DNA of 64,000 nt. It comes from Rebecca billardiae RCC1528 (taxonomy: Eukaryota; Protista; Haptophyta). The stretch spans positions 1,612,001 to 1,676,000 of the forward strand of contig OZ251231.1 in the NCBI GenBank assembly GCA_965240325.2. The letters run 5' to 3'. Both the position numbers and the translations under genes were made by a program. The notes below the pieces were generated by a model. That model saw nothing but the letters and a program-made list of their open reading frames with translations, was not told where the DNA came from and ran no database searches. How positions within the stretch are numbered: position 1 is the first letter of the stretch; every line of letters starts with the position of its first letter. Shown piece by piece: positions 1-11,939 of the stretch.

Positions 1-291
1 CAGCCCGAGCGCGTCAAGCTCGCGCGAGATCGCGCCGAGAACGCCCGGCGTGAGGCCGAGGAGCTGGTTCACTGTCTGCTCCGCGCCGCCTTCGACGACA
101 ACGCCCGACGTGCCAGCTGCCGCCCACGACGTGCGTGCATCGTCGTCGAGGCGGCGCCCCGCGCCACCGCACTGGCATTCCACCGCAGGCCTGAGCTGCA
201 CGCCGACGACCACGCCAAGGAGCGCGCTCAGCACGCACGCGTCCCAACGAGGCGGTGAGGACGGCGCTGCGCGCAAGAGGGGGCCCGCCAT
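1..291 (-). CDS. Hypothetical protein, 5' part only (runs off window start), with N-terminal hydrophobic segment
   Basis: Own translation from ATG at 291: MAGPLLRAAPSSPPRWDACVLSALLGVVVGVQLRP...RELDALGL, open to position 1; absent from the ORF track because no stop lies in the window. Confidence 0.45.
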   Translation of the reverse strand, partial: MAGPLLRAAPSSPPRWDACVLSALLGVVVGVQLRPAVECQCGGAGRRLDDDARTSWAAAGTSGVVVEGGAEQTVNQLLGLTPGVLGAISRELDALGL

Positions 292-300
292 TGTACACAC

Positions 301-347
301 TACAGTTTACTAAGAATAAGAGACGCACACAGCTCAGGCAGGCGAGA
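301..347 (-). repeat. Short dispersed repeat family A (ends TTCTTAGTAAACTGTA)
   Basis: Near-identical copies at 31808-31850 (-) and 61160-61206 (+). Confidence 0.8.
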
Positions 348-496
348 TACAGTTTATTTGTTTTAACGTGCGTAAGGCTCACGGTGGCAGGTTGCCGCGC
401 CATCCTTCATCGCACGCTCTCCGAAGAGAGACCTGGAAACTGGTTTTGAACCCATGACCTCAGTATCTCGAACCGATGATGAGTTATAACGCGGCC
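348..496 (-). mobile_element. tRNA-derived SINE-like element (family B)
   Basis: Minus strand has an A-box-like TAACTCATCATCGG and a B-box-like GGTTCAAAACC, then a body and the tail CACGTTAAAACAAATAAACTGTA; the 3' 60 bp are repeated at 534-593. Confidence 0.55.
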
Positions 497-533
497 TGTC
501 GCCTATTGATGACTTTTTTTCGTCTGAGACCAC

Positions 534-593
534 TACAGTTTATTTGTTTTAACGTGCGTAAGGCTCACGGTGGCAGGTTGCCGCGCCATCCTT
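534..593 (-). repeat. 5'-truncated copy of family B
   Basis: Identical to 348-407. Confidence 0.8.
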
Positions 594-944
594 ATTAACT
601 AACGAGGCCAGCCGATTTCCGACTTTCTCCTGGACCACAACGACATCCACCATAAAAGCAGCTGACGCTTCGCTTTTCTCCGCCCCAGCGGAACGGCGTG
701 CAGAGCGAAGGGACGACCAGTCGTGCCCTGCGCTGCGCTGGCAACCCGGCAGCCGTTCGCGGACGTCGAGTTTCCCGCTCCGGGAAAAAGGCCGGATTAA
801 AAAAGCGCACCCCCCCACCGCCGCTCGCCAAGCCGCCAAACTTAGTAGGCTCCAACAGGGGTCAAATCGCGGCAGCTGCTTATGGCGACCAACATCAACG
901 TGCTCACACCACTGCCACTGCTGCAAGCTTCGACCAGTACCACT

Positions 945-994
945 ACAGACGAATCAGGAGAGCTGCGCCCTCGTGCCTGTGTCTTAAATCATAT
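945..994 (+). repeat. Dispersed repeat family D (ends TTAAATCATA)
   Basis: ACAGACGAATCAGGAGAGCTGCGCCCTCGTGCCTGTGTCTTAAATCATA recurs at 40529-40578. Confidence 0.75.
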
Positions 995-1211
995 CGAATT
1001 AGTATGCGCCGCCATCGTGATTCGCGCTCGCGGGTTTGGTACACGGCCTACTAAGCCTAAGGGCCTACACGGGCCCTCCGGGCCCGCAAGTAACAATACT
1101 GAGCTCATGAGGCATCAGTCGTAGGGGTAGTAGTAGTCTTACGTGATGTACATTCGTTCTAAGTAGTCGAATGTAGATGTGAGTTCCCCGTGGCTGAGCG
1201 TAGCCTCTCAC

Positions 1212-1868
1212 TTAGTGGCTGTAAGAGGCTGAGCGACGCTGCTGGTACGACGTCGAGAGGCGTCGCACGCTCTCGTCGAGCTCGTTGCGCGACAGCGGTT
1301 TGCGCGCTGAGTCGGGCCGCTTGAGCTCCTCTTTCCTCTTCTCGGCGTTCTGCTTACGGACCATGTCGCGATGCTGAATCTGCTTGTCGTACAGCGTCTT
1401 CAGGTTCGCCTCCTTCTCTTCCTGGGTGCGCAGCACCTTCTTGCGCTGCTTCTCCTCGAAGGGCTGGTAGATCTTCTTCTCTAGGTCCTTCACGTTTGCC
1501 GCCTTGCGCTCCATCGACTCGTTCACGAGTCGCTTGACCATCTTCTCGCGCTCTTCCTTGGTCAGCTTCTTCTGCGGGCGCTGATGACGGGCGCTCAGCG
1601 GCCGCACGATTCTCTCGGGCGAGCTGTGCCTGCTCGACGTGTGCTCGATCTGCTTGTTCAGCTCGATCGACAGCATGGTCGACAGCCGAGATGCGAGCTG
1701 GTCGCGCTGCCGTGTCATGGCCTCGAGGTCGTGCTTGCACGCAACGAACCGGACATTGAGCCGGTCGCAGCGTCGGAGCGCCTCGTCACGCTCCGCTCTC
1801 ACCTCGGCCAGCATCTCAGCCTGCCTGGAGAGCGCGACGTCAAGCTCCGCCATCGCTCCCGATTTCAT
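1212..1868 (-). CDS. Coiled-coil hypothetical protein (218 aa)
   Basis: ATG-initiated ORF with gene-like codon bias and E/K/R-rich helical composition. Confidence 0.75.
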   Translation of the reverse strand: MKSGAMAELDVALSRQAEMLAEVRAERDEALRRCDRLNVRFVACKHDLEAMTRQRDQLASRLSTMLSIELNKQIEHTSSRHSSPERIVRPLSARHQRPQKKLTKEEREKMVKRLVNESMERKAANVKDLEKKIYQPFEEKQRKKVLRTQEEKEANLKTLYDKQIQHRDMVRKQNAEKRKEELKRPDSARKPLSRNELDESVRRLSTSYQQRRSASYSH

Positions 1869-1902
1869 CCACTTTCAAGACATGATTTGCTGAAAATACT
1901 GT

Positions 1903-1939
1903 TTAACCAAGTGTGCACGTTAAAACATAGTAAACTGTA
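1903..1939 (+). repeat. 3' fragment of short repeat family C
   Basis: TTAACCAAGTGTGCACGTTAAAACATAGTAAACTGTA matches the 3' end of the copies at 3394, 31864 and 44866. Confidence 0.75.
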
Positions 1940-2026
1940 ATGCTTCATCATCAGAAATTCAAAATGACTATGGGGGTATAAAAGGCCGCCCGCCATTGTC
2001 ATTCCCATCAACCGCCGATAAAATCG

Positions 2027-2902
2027 ATGGCCGCTCGCCGTGCGCTTGCGCGGTGGCCTGGCGAGCAGCGTGTGCTCCACGCCTGCCCGCGCCCACTGGC
2101 TCTGCGGTGGTTGCACGCCTCTGGACGACCTTTGCCCGCGTCTGTCTTCAACGCCGCGAACGCCATCACGTGCTCTCGCATCGCCGTCTCCCCGGTGCTT
2201 GGCTATTTTGTTCTGAACGGCGACTACGCGCTCGCGCTCGGTGGCTGCGCGCTCGCCGCGGCTTCAGACGCGCTCGACGGCGTGGTCGCTCGGCACCTGC
2301 GTGTGGAGACCGCACTTGGCTCGTTCCTTGACCCTCTCGCAGACAAGGCTCTCATCGATACTGTCGCCCTGAGCCTTGCGCACGTGGGCGTCCTCAACCC
2401 GTGGCTCGTTGCTTTCATCGTCGGGCGCGATGCGCTGCTGCTGGCGGGCACGGGGGTGGCCATCGTGGCGCACGTGCGTTCGACCGCGCCAGGGCAAGGC
2501 ATCGTGCAGGCTCTCCGGCAGTGGCCGCTCCGGGTGCACCCCACGGCGCTGAGCAAGCTGAACACAGCCGCTCAGCTGGGCCTGATCGGCAGCGCACTCG
2601 GCACCGAGGCCCTCGCACTCCCCGGGGATCATGTCACGACTGCGCTCTCCGCCGCGGTCCTGTGCACGACGTGCGTGTCGGGAGTGGAGTACTGGTGGAC
2701 TGCACGCCAGGCGAGGCTTGATACCGTCTTCCGTGCCACGCAGGCCGGGAGCAGAGGGGGCGGGCCAGAGCCGGCGGGCGATGGCACGGCGCACCACAGG
2801 CGCAGCACCGGCTGCGCTCCCCGTTCCGAGGACAGTCGGGTCGGCGGGCAAGAGGCCCCGGCGCGACAAGGTCGGAGAGCAGCCGGAGGCGTCCGAGTAT
2901 GA
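2027..2902 (+). CDS. CRLS1: CDP-alcohol phosphatidyltransferase, probable mitochondrial cardiolipin synthase
   Basis: ANAITCSRI; signature DALDGVVAR..GSFLDPLADK; IVGRD; SKLNTAAQ; Arg-rich N-terminal presequence. Confidence 0.8.
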   Translation: MAARRALARWPGEQRVLHACPRPLALRWLHASGRPLPASVFNAANAITCSRIAVSPVLGYFVLNGDYALALGGCALAAASDALDGVVARHLRVETALGSFLDPLADKALIDTVALSLAHVGVLNPWLVAFIVGRDALLLAGTGVAIVAHVRSTAPGQGIVQALRQWPLRVHPTALSKLNTAAQLGLIGSALGTEALALPGDHVTTALSAAVLCTTCVSGVEYWWTARQARLDTVFRATQAGSRGGGPEPAGDGTAHHRRSTGCAPRSEDSRVGGQEAPARQGRRAAGGVRV

Positions 2903-3393
2903 TGATGCTGTCGCGCTGTCACACGGCCCTTCGCCTCGCGCGGTTTCAATATATGATGATCCATTGATCCTCATCGATCATCAGGCCAACTGGGATGGCG
3001 CGGGTCCAATCACCTGTTCAAGGAATCGGCCACGTTCGCAAGGGCGTTCCCGGGATCCTGCCACATGCACGCTCCCGAAAGCAATGCCCCCCCCTGGGGG
3101 GGGGCATTGCTACCGGACTGGCGCGGGCCGTAATCAAATGTACCCGCTTGAATAGAGGAAGCCAATTTCAATAGGATGAATAGGAACGCGGTTCGATTTG
3201 GCGAAGTGCGGGGAACGCCCCTGCAAGTGACAGTGTGAGTGATTAGTCCAGCCCGTCAGCCGCCAGCTAGCGGCGGTACGCACCCAGCGCCTCAGTGGCT
3301 CCCGGCAGGGCTTGCTCCCGGAGTCCGGGACTCCTGACGTCCCGCCGCTGCCGCGAAGCGCCCGCCAACCCTCAAGTCGACGCCCCGACTACT

Positions 3394-3515
3394 GGTGCGG
3401 CAACGCGCCCCTCACCTGCCTGCGCCGGTCTGTTTTGTGGCGGTGTCTTTGTGCAGTGTTGGATGGCGTTAATCACGCCTTAACCAAGTGTGCACGTTAA
3501 ATCATAGTAACTGTA
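3394..3515 (+). repeat. Full-length ~122 bp family C retroposon-like repeat
   Basis: Copies at 31864-31983 (-) and 44866-44988 (+) start at the same GGTGCGGCAACG; this copy is flanked by ACGCCC(C)GACT, a TSD-like repeat. Confidence 0.8.
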
Positions 3516-3590
3516 CGCCCGACTCGCGACGCCCGCCGCTCGCGACGCCCCGACTCGCGCTCAAGACCGTGCGCCTGTCTCGTCTTGAGG

Positions 3591-4497
3591 ATGTCGGCCT
3601 ACGACAACCTAGTCAGCGACCTCACTGCGCTCGTCAAGGAGAAGGGCTGCGGGCCGATTCTCATTCGTCTCTCTTGGCACGATGCTGGGGTTTTCTCGAG
3701 TGGCACGGGCTGCCCCAACGCGGCCATGCGCTTCACTGATGGCGGCGAGGGGAAGTTTGGCGCCAACGCGGGCCTGCCGGACGTCGCCGTGGGGCTGCTC
3801 GCGCCCATCGCGGCCAAGTACGTCGAGGAGCAGAAGGCCATTTCCAACGCAGACCTGTGGGCCCTGGCGGCCAACGTCGCGATCGAGGTGATGGGCGGTC
3901 CAAAGGTGCCCACGCGCTTCGGCCGCAAGGACGCCGCATCCTCGGCGGAGTCGGTCGAGAGCCAGGCAGGCCGGCTGCCCGATGGTGACAAGGTGAGCGC
4001 TGCGCGTGTGAAGTCCTGGTCCGCCTGAACGCTCGCACCACCCCGATCACCACCCGCCCGCCCGCCCACCCGCCCTCCGGCGCCTGATTCTGCAGGGCGC
4101 GCAGCACCTGCGTGACATCTTCGTGCCCAAGGGCTTTGACGACAAGGAGATTGTTGCGCTCAGCGGCGCACACACCGTGGGCAGCTGCCATGCGGACCGC
4201 TCGGGGTTCGAGGGGCCGTGGACCGAGGCGCCACTCAAGTTCGACAACTCCTACTTCACTGAGCTGATGAGCAAGAAGTACGAGGCTGAGAAGACTGCGG
4301 CCGGCTGCCCCCAGCACCGCCACGCCGCGAGCAAGACGATCATGCTCGAGTCCGACCTCGCGCTGCTGTCGGACCCCGCCTTCAAGCCGCATGTCGAGCG
4401 TTACGCCGCGGACCAGGATGCGTTCTTCGCGGACTATGTCGCCGCCTGGGTCAAGCTGCAGGAGCTGGGCTGCTCTGGTCTGCGCGATGCTCTCTAG
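3591..4497 (+). CDS. APX: Ascorbate peroxidase (class I heme peroxidase); exons 3591-3992 and 4096-4497
   Basis: Distal [10 protein letters not shown], proximal [30 protein letters not shown]; GT..AG intron 3993-4095 joins in frame (PDGDK/GAQHLR). Confidence 0.92.
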
Positions 4498-4704
4498 ATA
4501 TTCTAGAAGTCAGACCGCAAGTGGACGCGCGCGCCGCGCGCTGCGTCCGGATGTCGTCGCTGGAATGATCCCGGGACGATCAATTTGCCGCGGATCAGAG
4601 CGCGCCTTGTAGTAGCTTGGCTAAGAAGGAATTAAGCCGAACTTCCGCCCGGTGCTGCAATCATTATATATCAGCGTACTGTGCAATAACGGGTCGCACC
4701 TGGC

Positions 4705-6503
4705 TAGGGGGTCCAAGCCGCGGAATTAAAAATCGAAAATCGACTGACCGATTTCGCGGTGACCATTTCCGAACATTGTTGGCTCGAATTGCGGCAGCAC
4801 GGGCCGCGGCCGTTCAGAGCACGGTCGAGCCCGAGATCGGGCGAGTAGCACGCCTGGGCGGTGGACTTCATCGTCGCGTCGGCGCGGCGGAGCGCGCTCT
4901 GGCGTCAGAGGCGCGCGGGCGGGCGAGTCAGGGTGGCCATCATGACAGCGGTCGACCAAATGATCGCTGGCAGCTCGCTCTCACCGGACATCTTGAACCT
5001 CACAGCCCCGCTCTGCGCGCCGTTCGAACTCTCATCCGGATGAGCGCGGACAACGCAGCCCCGGTTTCAGGTGAAGCGTGCACGCTGCGCGCTGGTTTAC
5101 ACCTGGTTTAGCTTGTCCATGATGAGCATGAATGACCCCCCGGCGCTCGGCCTGGTGCGTGCAGTGCTCACCTCCCCACGCGCTGCGCATGCACTCGCGC
5201 GATCGCTGGCCGCTCGTTCGCAAACGGGAGTGCGCGGCAGTCGTGGGTGGTAAGCAAGCTCGGCGACCCTGTGTACGTGCGGGGCCTGTCTTCCAGCTCA
5301 CAGTAGTACCGCCAGAAGCTCCAGCCGGCACGCGTCGGCTTGTTTGTTGTGCCACTTGGCGTGCCGCTTGGCTGCATGCAGCAGCCGAGCTGCGCTGAGA
5401 GCGTGCACCTTGTCACGAACGTCAAGCTTGCTGCGGAGCAAACGCGCGCCGCCAAGCTCCGCTATGACCGCTGCCACATCTGCACACCGTGTCTTCGTCT
5501 AGGGAGTGCCTGCGCCACTGTTGGCGGCCGTCTTGGAGCAGCGCGCGGACTGCATGATGCTCGGGGCAGGAGTGCTGCTGGGCACGGCAGTGGAGGCAGA
5601 GAGCTCAACGCTCGCCACCGAGCAGCTCGCAGAGTCAGAGGTAAGCTGGAGCAGCCTCGACTGCAAGCGCTATAGCCGCAGCAGAGGTGGACCGGCGGCG
5701 GCCTCGCGTGAGCTGGGGTACGACGAACGGCGACGGTGCCGGTGACACCTGAGTACGGGCAAGGAAGCCGCCCGGCACATGGCGAGCTAGTCTGCGCACG
5801 CCAGCCTCGACGGCGGAGAGGACTCTCATGCCGGGATGGTGGCGGCATGTTCAGTGGCGGAGTTGGCCGTGTGCCGCAGCACGTGCAGCCCGCCACCGGC
5901 ATCAGGCCCGCGTTCGCGGGCCGGCACTCACTGATGTGCTGAGTCCAGTGGCATGAGCCGTCTCGGCGCCGCCGTACTCCGTATTCGGATGACCCAGCAA
6001 GTAGTGAGCAAGGTACCCATGTATAGGCACTCACTTGAATACATATGGCAAAATTAACCACATTCTATATATAGTGGGTAACCTGGCGCTTATATGCGGG
6101 TATATTCCCATAATTAAATGGGTAATGTGCTCGATCTTGGAGTAGTTTTTCATGGACGTCTACGCGCACAGCATTGTGCCCCACTTTTTCGGTATTTTCA
6201 CCATAAAATCCTTTGGATAGAGGGCAGCGCTTGTCAATAAGTAAGTCCGACCGCGTATCGTCATCTAGTTGCCATGACAAGTAGGTAACATTCGGCTGAA
6301 TCTCTATGTGACACAGCGGGCGCCGCTGCGTGCGCGCGCGACCGCGCGACGACACGCGGAGTCGGTTTTTAGTGCTTCTGGCGGCTGGGCTGGGCTCTGG
6401 GACATATTTGAGGGTGACTCCGCAAGCGTCACGCTCATCAGACGCCTACATGGCATGGTTGTCAAATATCACCAATCGGTGGGCTGCTGGCTTGGACCCC
6501 CTA
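4705..6503. mobile_element. Non-autonomous TIR DNA transposon with TAG termini and 7-bp TSD (hAT-like)
   Basis: TIR TAGGGGGTCCAAGC / GCTTGGACCCCCTA; flanking ACCTGGC at 4698-4704 and 6504-6510; no transposase ORF. Confidence 0.75.
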
Positions 6504-7408
6504 ACCTGGCGTCTTACGCGGACGTTGCGGATGACACTATTTGACACTAATGAGTGAATGGCAATGCCCGACAATGAGCAGCCAGTCAGCCACTCTCTCC
6601 GACTCCGCCTAGATAGCTTAAGTCGTACCTTAAGTAGTCATCCGTAGCAGTACTTACTTAGTCGTACTACAGCGTGCGCGCGTACTCCGCAGACCGAGAC
6701 TCGGGCACTACTTATGTTACTATAGTTACTAGAGTACTGCTACCGTCACTGGCGTCAATCGGCGCCCTGCTGATCGAATCATGATGCGATAAGTGCACTC
6801 GGATCGACAGTCGTGCCAACACCGCCGGTCACCCCCGGTCTGACACCGGTCAGCGCTGGGCTACCCGAGTGCGGAGTGGCGGCGCCCTCGGACCCTGGCG
6901 GGCCCGAGCGGGGTCAGCACAGTGAGCACGGCCGTCCCGCGGCGGCCCGTCGAACTTCACTCACTAACTTGCAGGCCTGATCTCGAAGTGAGAGAGCTGA
7001 CAGTGCAAGAGTGGCTGACGATCATTGCACGACGAGTTGATCGGTGCAGCGCTGCCACGGCCCGGGCTGCACGCCGCATGATCCTCGGGAGTGAACTTAG
7101 TGGCTACTCTTACGGACAGCACGCATGCGCCATGCCCCGGCTCCGCGCGGCTGGCGGCCGCTCGGGCCGCTGCCGCGTCGGATGCCCCGTGACTTCGTCC
7201 CTGTCAGTCATGCAAGGCCTCACATCGTATTTAACGCGCGTTCCCTGGTAGCAGCTATGAGATGACCGTTGACCATGCTGCGTCGCCTGAGCCCGGCGGG
7301 GCGTAGGCGCCCTTCGGACTTCGATCATCGCAACAGCGCCAGTGGGCCGCGCCCGTGCGCCGCCTCCTTGCCAAAGTATGGATGGAGTGTGGCGATTCGG
7401 TGCAGCCC

Positions 7409-7876
7409 TCATTCCGCAGCAGCGCGCTCGACCAGTTCCTGCAGCTCGCCGTTCTGATACATCTCTACGACGATGTCACATCCGCCAATGAACTCGCCCT
7501 CGACGTACACCTGCGGGATCGTGGGCCAGTTCGAAAAGTCCTTAATGCCCTGTCGGATCTCTTGGTCAGACAGCACGTCGAAGGTCTCGTAAGGCACGTT
7601 GATCGAATTGAAAACCTGGACGACGGCGTTCGAGAAGCCGCACTGCGGCATGAGCTTGCTGCCCTTCATGAACACCATGACCTTGTTGCCATCGATCATG
7701 CTCTGGATACGCTCGTTGGCCGCACCGCCGCCACCCGCCTGCGCCCACGAGGGCAGCTCGGTATCCGACATCCGCATGGCGGAGCGACTGATGGCCCGGC
7801 CGCCAGTAGCGGGAGCAAGCGGCGAAGTGTAGCCGGCACACGCCACGGCGGACATCACAGCGGCAAACATCGCCAT
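7409..7876 (-). CDS. Monothiol CGFS glutaredoxin, probably plastid-targeted
   Basis: [24 protein letters not shown]; N-terminal signal peptide [14 protein letters not shown] followed by a transit-like stretch. Confidence 0.92.
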   Translation of the reverse strand: MAMFAAVMSAVACAGYTSPLAPATGGRAISRSAMRMSDTELPSWAQAGGGGAANERIQSMIDGNKVMVFMKGSKLMPQCGFSNAVVQVFNSINVPYETFDVLSDQEIRQGIKDFSNWPTIPQVYVEGEFIGGCDIVVEMYQNGELQELVERAAAE

Positions 7877-8252
7877 GAGGAGGGCCGGGACGTGAGCTGG
7901 CGCGTAGGGCTCCCTCGCGGCAGTGTCTCGACGACTTGCGATCTGAGATCGCGGGGAGATCAGTCTGAGATTTAGCTCAAGCCCGGCACCCGCCGCCCCC
8001 CGTGGACCTGGTGGACGGGCGGAGGTGCCGTGTGTGTATGATAACACTAACAGGGTGGAGGCGGAGGGTGCCGTGAAACGGCGTGGCTGCAGACTGCTGG
8101 GCTATGCTAGATTTTCGGAGGATGCCACACGGATTGTAGTGTATGGGCACGGGCCACGACGAGCTCACGAGCGTAGACTCACTCAGACTCAGTTAAGCCA
8201 CTGAGAGTGATGAGTGATCGAGCAGCGTGCTGATAATATGAAGTGATAATAT

Positions 8253-10143
8253 GACCGCGTTCCGCGGTCCTATTCTGCATAGAATCAACGCAGTTGGGGG
8301 CCCGCGGTGGCCGTGCAATCGCGGCTCTCCGCCGTAGTGGCAGTTCGCCAGTTGAAGTCGGTTCTGAGATGACTGAAGCTATATTAGTCCGACCGTCGCC
8401 CTGCCTGCGCGACCGCGAGACTCATTCACACTTCACACAATCACAGCAGCGGACCTGAGACCGCACCCGGCACCGGTCGTCAAATCGGACGTCCGTCTGA
8501 CAACTAGCTGCCAAATGTCCAACTGGCTGATCAGCTCGGATCCGACCCGTCCGCGATCGTGCCATCGGCATCGGAATTACTACTAGTAGCTGCCAAACTG
8601 TGTCCAACTCTGGCTGATCAGCTCGGATCCGACCCGTCCGCGATCGTGCCGAGTGAGTCGTGCCGCGGAGCTCGGAGTACTGAAGGAGTCGGGTGTGACA
8701 GCAGGGTGCTTTAGCGCTGCGGCCCGTGCCAGCCAACGACCAGACGTACTCTGGCCACTTGACCCGTTGCACGGGTGAGTGACCGTACGCCCTGCCTAGG
8801 GCCTACCGCGCGCGCCGCGCGACCGGCGACTCGGGGTGATGGAGAGCGGATGGCGACAGCAGCAGCAGTCCTCATGAAGACGATGAAACTGGCGGCACGG
8901 GTGCACGAGGTGGCAGGCGAAAGCGCGCCGACGAGACCGCATTTGACACACCTGAGCCGCACGCGCGTGCCGTCGCCGAGCGCGGAGCGGCGAGCGCTGC
9001 AAACGCGCAACCGTACCGCGCGCGCCACGACGGCGCGGCACTAGCTGATGCAGGCCGTACTGCCGCGCACCCGGCACCGGTCGTCAAATCGGACGTCCGT
9101 CTGACAACTAGCTGCCAAATGTCCAACTGGCTGATCAGCTCGGATCCGACCCGTCCGCGATCGTGCCATCGGCATCGGAATTACTACTAGTAGCTGCCAA
9201 ACTGTGTCCAACTCTGGCTGATCAGCTCGGATCCGACCCATCCGCGATCGTGCCGAGTGAGTCGTGCCGCGGAGCTCGGAGTACTGAAGGAGTCGGGTGT
9301 GACAGCAGGGTGCTTTAGCGCTGCGGCCCGTGCCAGCCAACGACCAGACGTACTCTGGCCACTTGACCCGTTGCACGGGTGAGTGACCGTACGCCCTGCC
9401 TAGTGCCTACCGCGCGCGCCGCGCGACCGGCGACTCGGGGTGATGGAGAGCGGATGGCGACAGCAGCAGCAGTCCTCATGAAGACGATGAAACTGGCGGC
9501 ACGGGTGCACGAGGTGGCAGGCGAAAGCGCGCCGACGAGACCGCATTTGACACACCTGAGCCGCACGCGCGTGCCGTCGCCGAGCGCGGAGCGGCGAGCG
9601 CTGCAAACGCGCAACCGTACCGCGCGCGCCACGACGGCGCGGCACTAGCTGATGCAGGCCGTACTGCCGGCACTGCTTCTGCGATCATGCGCCACGGTCG
9701 CAGCTGACTGCGTGAGCAGCAAGCGGGAGGCGGGTCCGGAGGCACGTGCAGGCGCCGTCCCGCATATCCGCCATCGCCCATCGTGCCGGGGCACGTCACC
9801 TCCGACGATCCGGATGTGGCCCAGTCCGGACGTCACGCGATCCGGGAAGACGAGTACGATTCGCTCGTAACGAACCGTTACACTAATGTCACGTCCAGCT
9901 GACGTCCAGATCGCACTTTACTTAAGGGAATCAGCTGGGCGCGCTTTTTTTTGGCCTGATAGACCTCTCAATGCGATCTCAAAAACTCGAAACTCGGTCT
10001 CCGCCAGCCCTAAAAATCGCCCCCCGTCCCTTTTTTTCCGCCGCCCCCCGTCCCTTTTTTCTTGATCAAAGATCTTTTTGAAACGTGGTTCGGGCCCGCT
10101 GGTGCGGGCTCCACGCTGCGCGCTCCGCCCTGCACCGCGGGCC
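8253..10143 (-). mobile_element. Helentron/Helitron2-like non-autonomous element, copy 1
   Basis: Terminal hairpin GACCGCG-TTC-CGCGGTC, sub-terminal GGCCCGCGGTG about 30 bp inside, and its inverse CACCGCGGGCC at the other end; ends shared with 10377-11732 and 45021-52569. Confidence 0.7.
8463..9667. repeat. Tandem duplication, 2 x 604 bp, with an internal ~40 bp subrepeat
   Basis: 8463-9066 is near-identical to 9067-9667; CTGGCTGATCAGCTCGGATCCGACCC occurs twice per unit. Confidence 0.92.
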
Positions 10144-10376
10144 AAAAGGTAAAAGGATCAGCAGTGCATTGATTCGTGATCTCAACTGATGCGTGATGAC
10201 ACTCACACTGATCGGGCCTGTGTGACATTGTGTACTGTATCTCGACGACGATGTCACCGATGTGATTGACCGCGGACGAGCGTTCAGGCTGGAGCCGAGC
10301 CCGATGTCGATGAGCCAGTTCAGACTTCAGTATCGGCGCTGCTGCGCTTATTGCCCTTATTTATAATTATTATTAT

Positions 10377-11732
10377 GACCGCGTTCCGCGGTCCTTTTCC
10401 GTAGAACGAACGTAGTTCGGGGCCCGCGGTGGCGGTGCACCCTCCGTCGCACCCTCCGTCGCGATCGAGAGTGGGCCCGCCCAGCCGCGAGCCCGGCGGC
10501 AGCGAGTAGACTCCAGCGGCGCGCCGCCGCCCGCCGCGCGGCCGGGCGGGCCCATCGCAGCCGCCGGCGCGGCGCCGAATGTGTACAGGCGGATGCGACG
10601 AGGCGTGATCGACGCATGAGCGCGACTCCACGTGCACGCCAGGCCACGCGGAGCTGACTGACAGCCAGGGAGCACGGTGCGGGGCCGCGGATCGGCGGAT
10701 TCCGCGTTCGGGCCGCTCAGTGCGGGCCGCCGCTGCTGACCGCTGTCGTCACCGCACGCCGGCAGCGCCAGGATAGATGATTTGCACTGGTCCGAGTAGG
10801 GTTCGACCAGCGCCTGCGCGACGGCCGACAGGCGGGCGCGAGGCGTGATCGACGCATGAGCGCAACTCTTCCTACGTGCACGCCAGGCCACGCGGTGCTG
10901 ACAGCCCGAGGGAGCACGGTGCCGAGGTGCGAGGGCACCAGGCATGGCAAGGGCGGCGCGTGGTGAAGTCGGAGACTCAGAGATCGATCAGTCCGGCATC
11001 AGGCGCCGCTGCCCCCAAGCTTGCGAGAGCCCGAATATAGGGCGGCTGCCTCGGCGCAGGCGCCGGCCCGACGCGCGGCGGCCGCGCAGGCAGTCGACAC
11101 GGGGCGGCGGGGGCGCGCGGAGTGAGCGGGGCACGAACGCGATGTCGCCCGTCAGTCGGGACCCGCCGCAGCCGCGCGCACCAGGCGCCACTCGGCGCGC
11201 GTACCTGCCCATCGCCGTCCTCACCCCGTCCCTCGCGAGTGCGACGAGTCGATCGCTCGTGGCTCGCCCCCTCGTCGTGCCTCGCGCAACTGGCGTGCAA
11301 AACGCGGGGACACGCGGCACGCGCCCCCTCCGGCTTACTATACGGATAGCTGCGGCGGGTATTTTTCAATGTCTCGCACTATTGGAGTTGGTGAGAGTCG
11401 TTCTTGCGGCGGCGAGACCATATTTATTTTACTATGGTCACACATGAACGACTGAGTCTACCCGTAATTACTCACCTTCGCACACTTGGGCGTGGGTTTC
11501 GTTGATTGATTCCTCTGTTCACTATTCAAGACGGCGGACGCGTCCTTTTTCGACGCTAATCCATGTGTAAGGAGGTCTCAAAAAATCGAAACTCGGTCTC
11601 CTCCAGCCCTAAAAATCGCCCCACGTCCCTTTTTTCTTGATCAAAGATCTTTTTGAAACGTGGTTCGGGCCCGCAGTGCGGGCTCCACGCCTCCACCGTC
11701 CACGCTGCGCGCTCCGCCCTGCACCGCGGGCC
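10377..11732 (-). mobile_element. Helentron/Helitron2-like non-autonomous element, copy 2
   Basis: Same hairpin and asymmetric inverted-repeat ends; 11366-11732 is the uninterrupted version of 45021-50880; internal ~85 bp direct repeat at about 10600 and 10840. Confidence 0.7.
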
Positions 11733-11939
11733 ATAAGTAGCTTATCCGTGTCTGATCTCGGAATAAGTGATTGAATAACTTCGTGAGTTTTTCCAACTGC
11801 GGCACTGTCGTCAGTGTCACCGCACTGTGACGATTGTGAAGCCTAGCATTGCCATTGAGCCGAACACTGAACGCTTTCAGGGTAGCAGTTCGAGCCCCCC
11901 CCCCCCCCCCCCCCGCTCCGTTACGTCTTGCTTGGCCCC

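Noticed and set aside
425-496. Possible tRNA gene
   Set aside because: No cloverleaf or anticodon arm; treated as a SINE head.
3031-3229. Possible MITE with an internal palindrome at 3080-3110
   Set aside because: Terminal inverted repeats are degenerate and no TSD could be defined.
3591-7876. Redox gene cluster (APX + glutaredoxin)
   Set aside because: Only two common genes with different predicted compartments, separated by a transposon; chance adjacency is likely.
8520-9255. Four ~40-bp repeats with intervening sequence, CRISPR-like at first sight
   Set aside because: Explained by a subrepeat inside a 604-bp tandem duplication; the intervening sequences are duplicated too.
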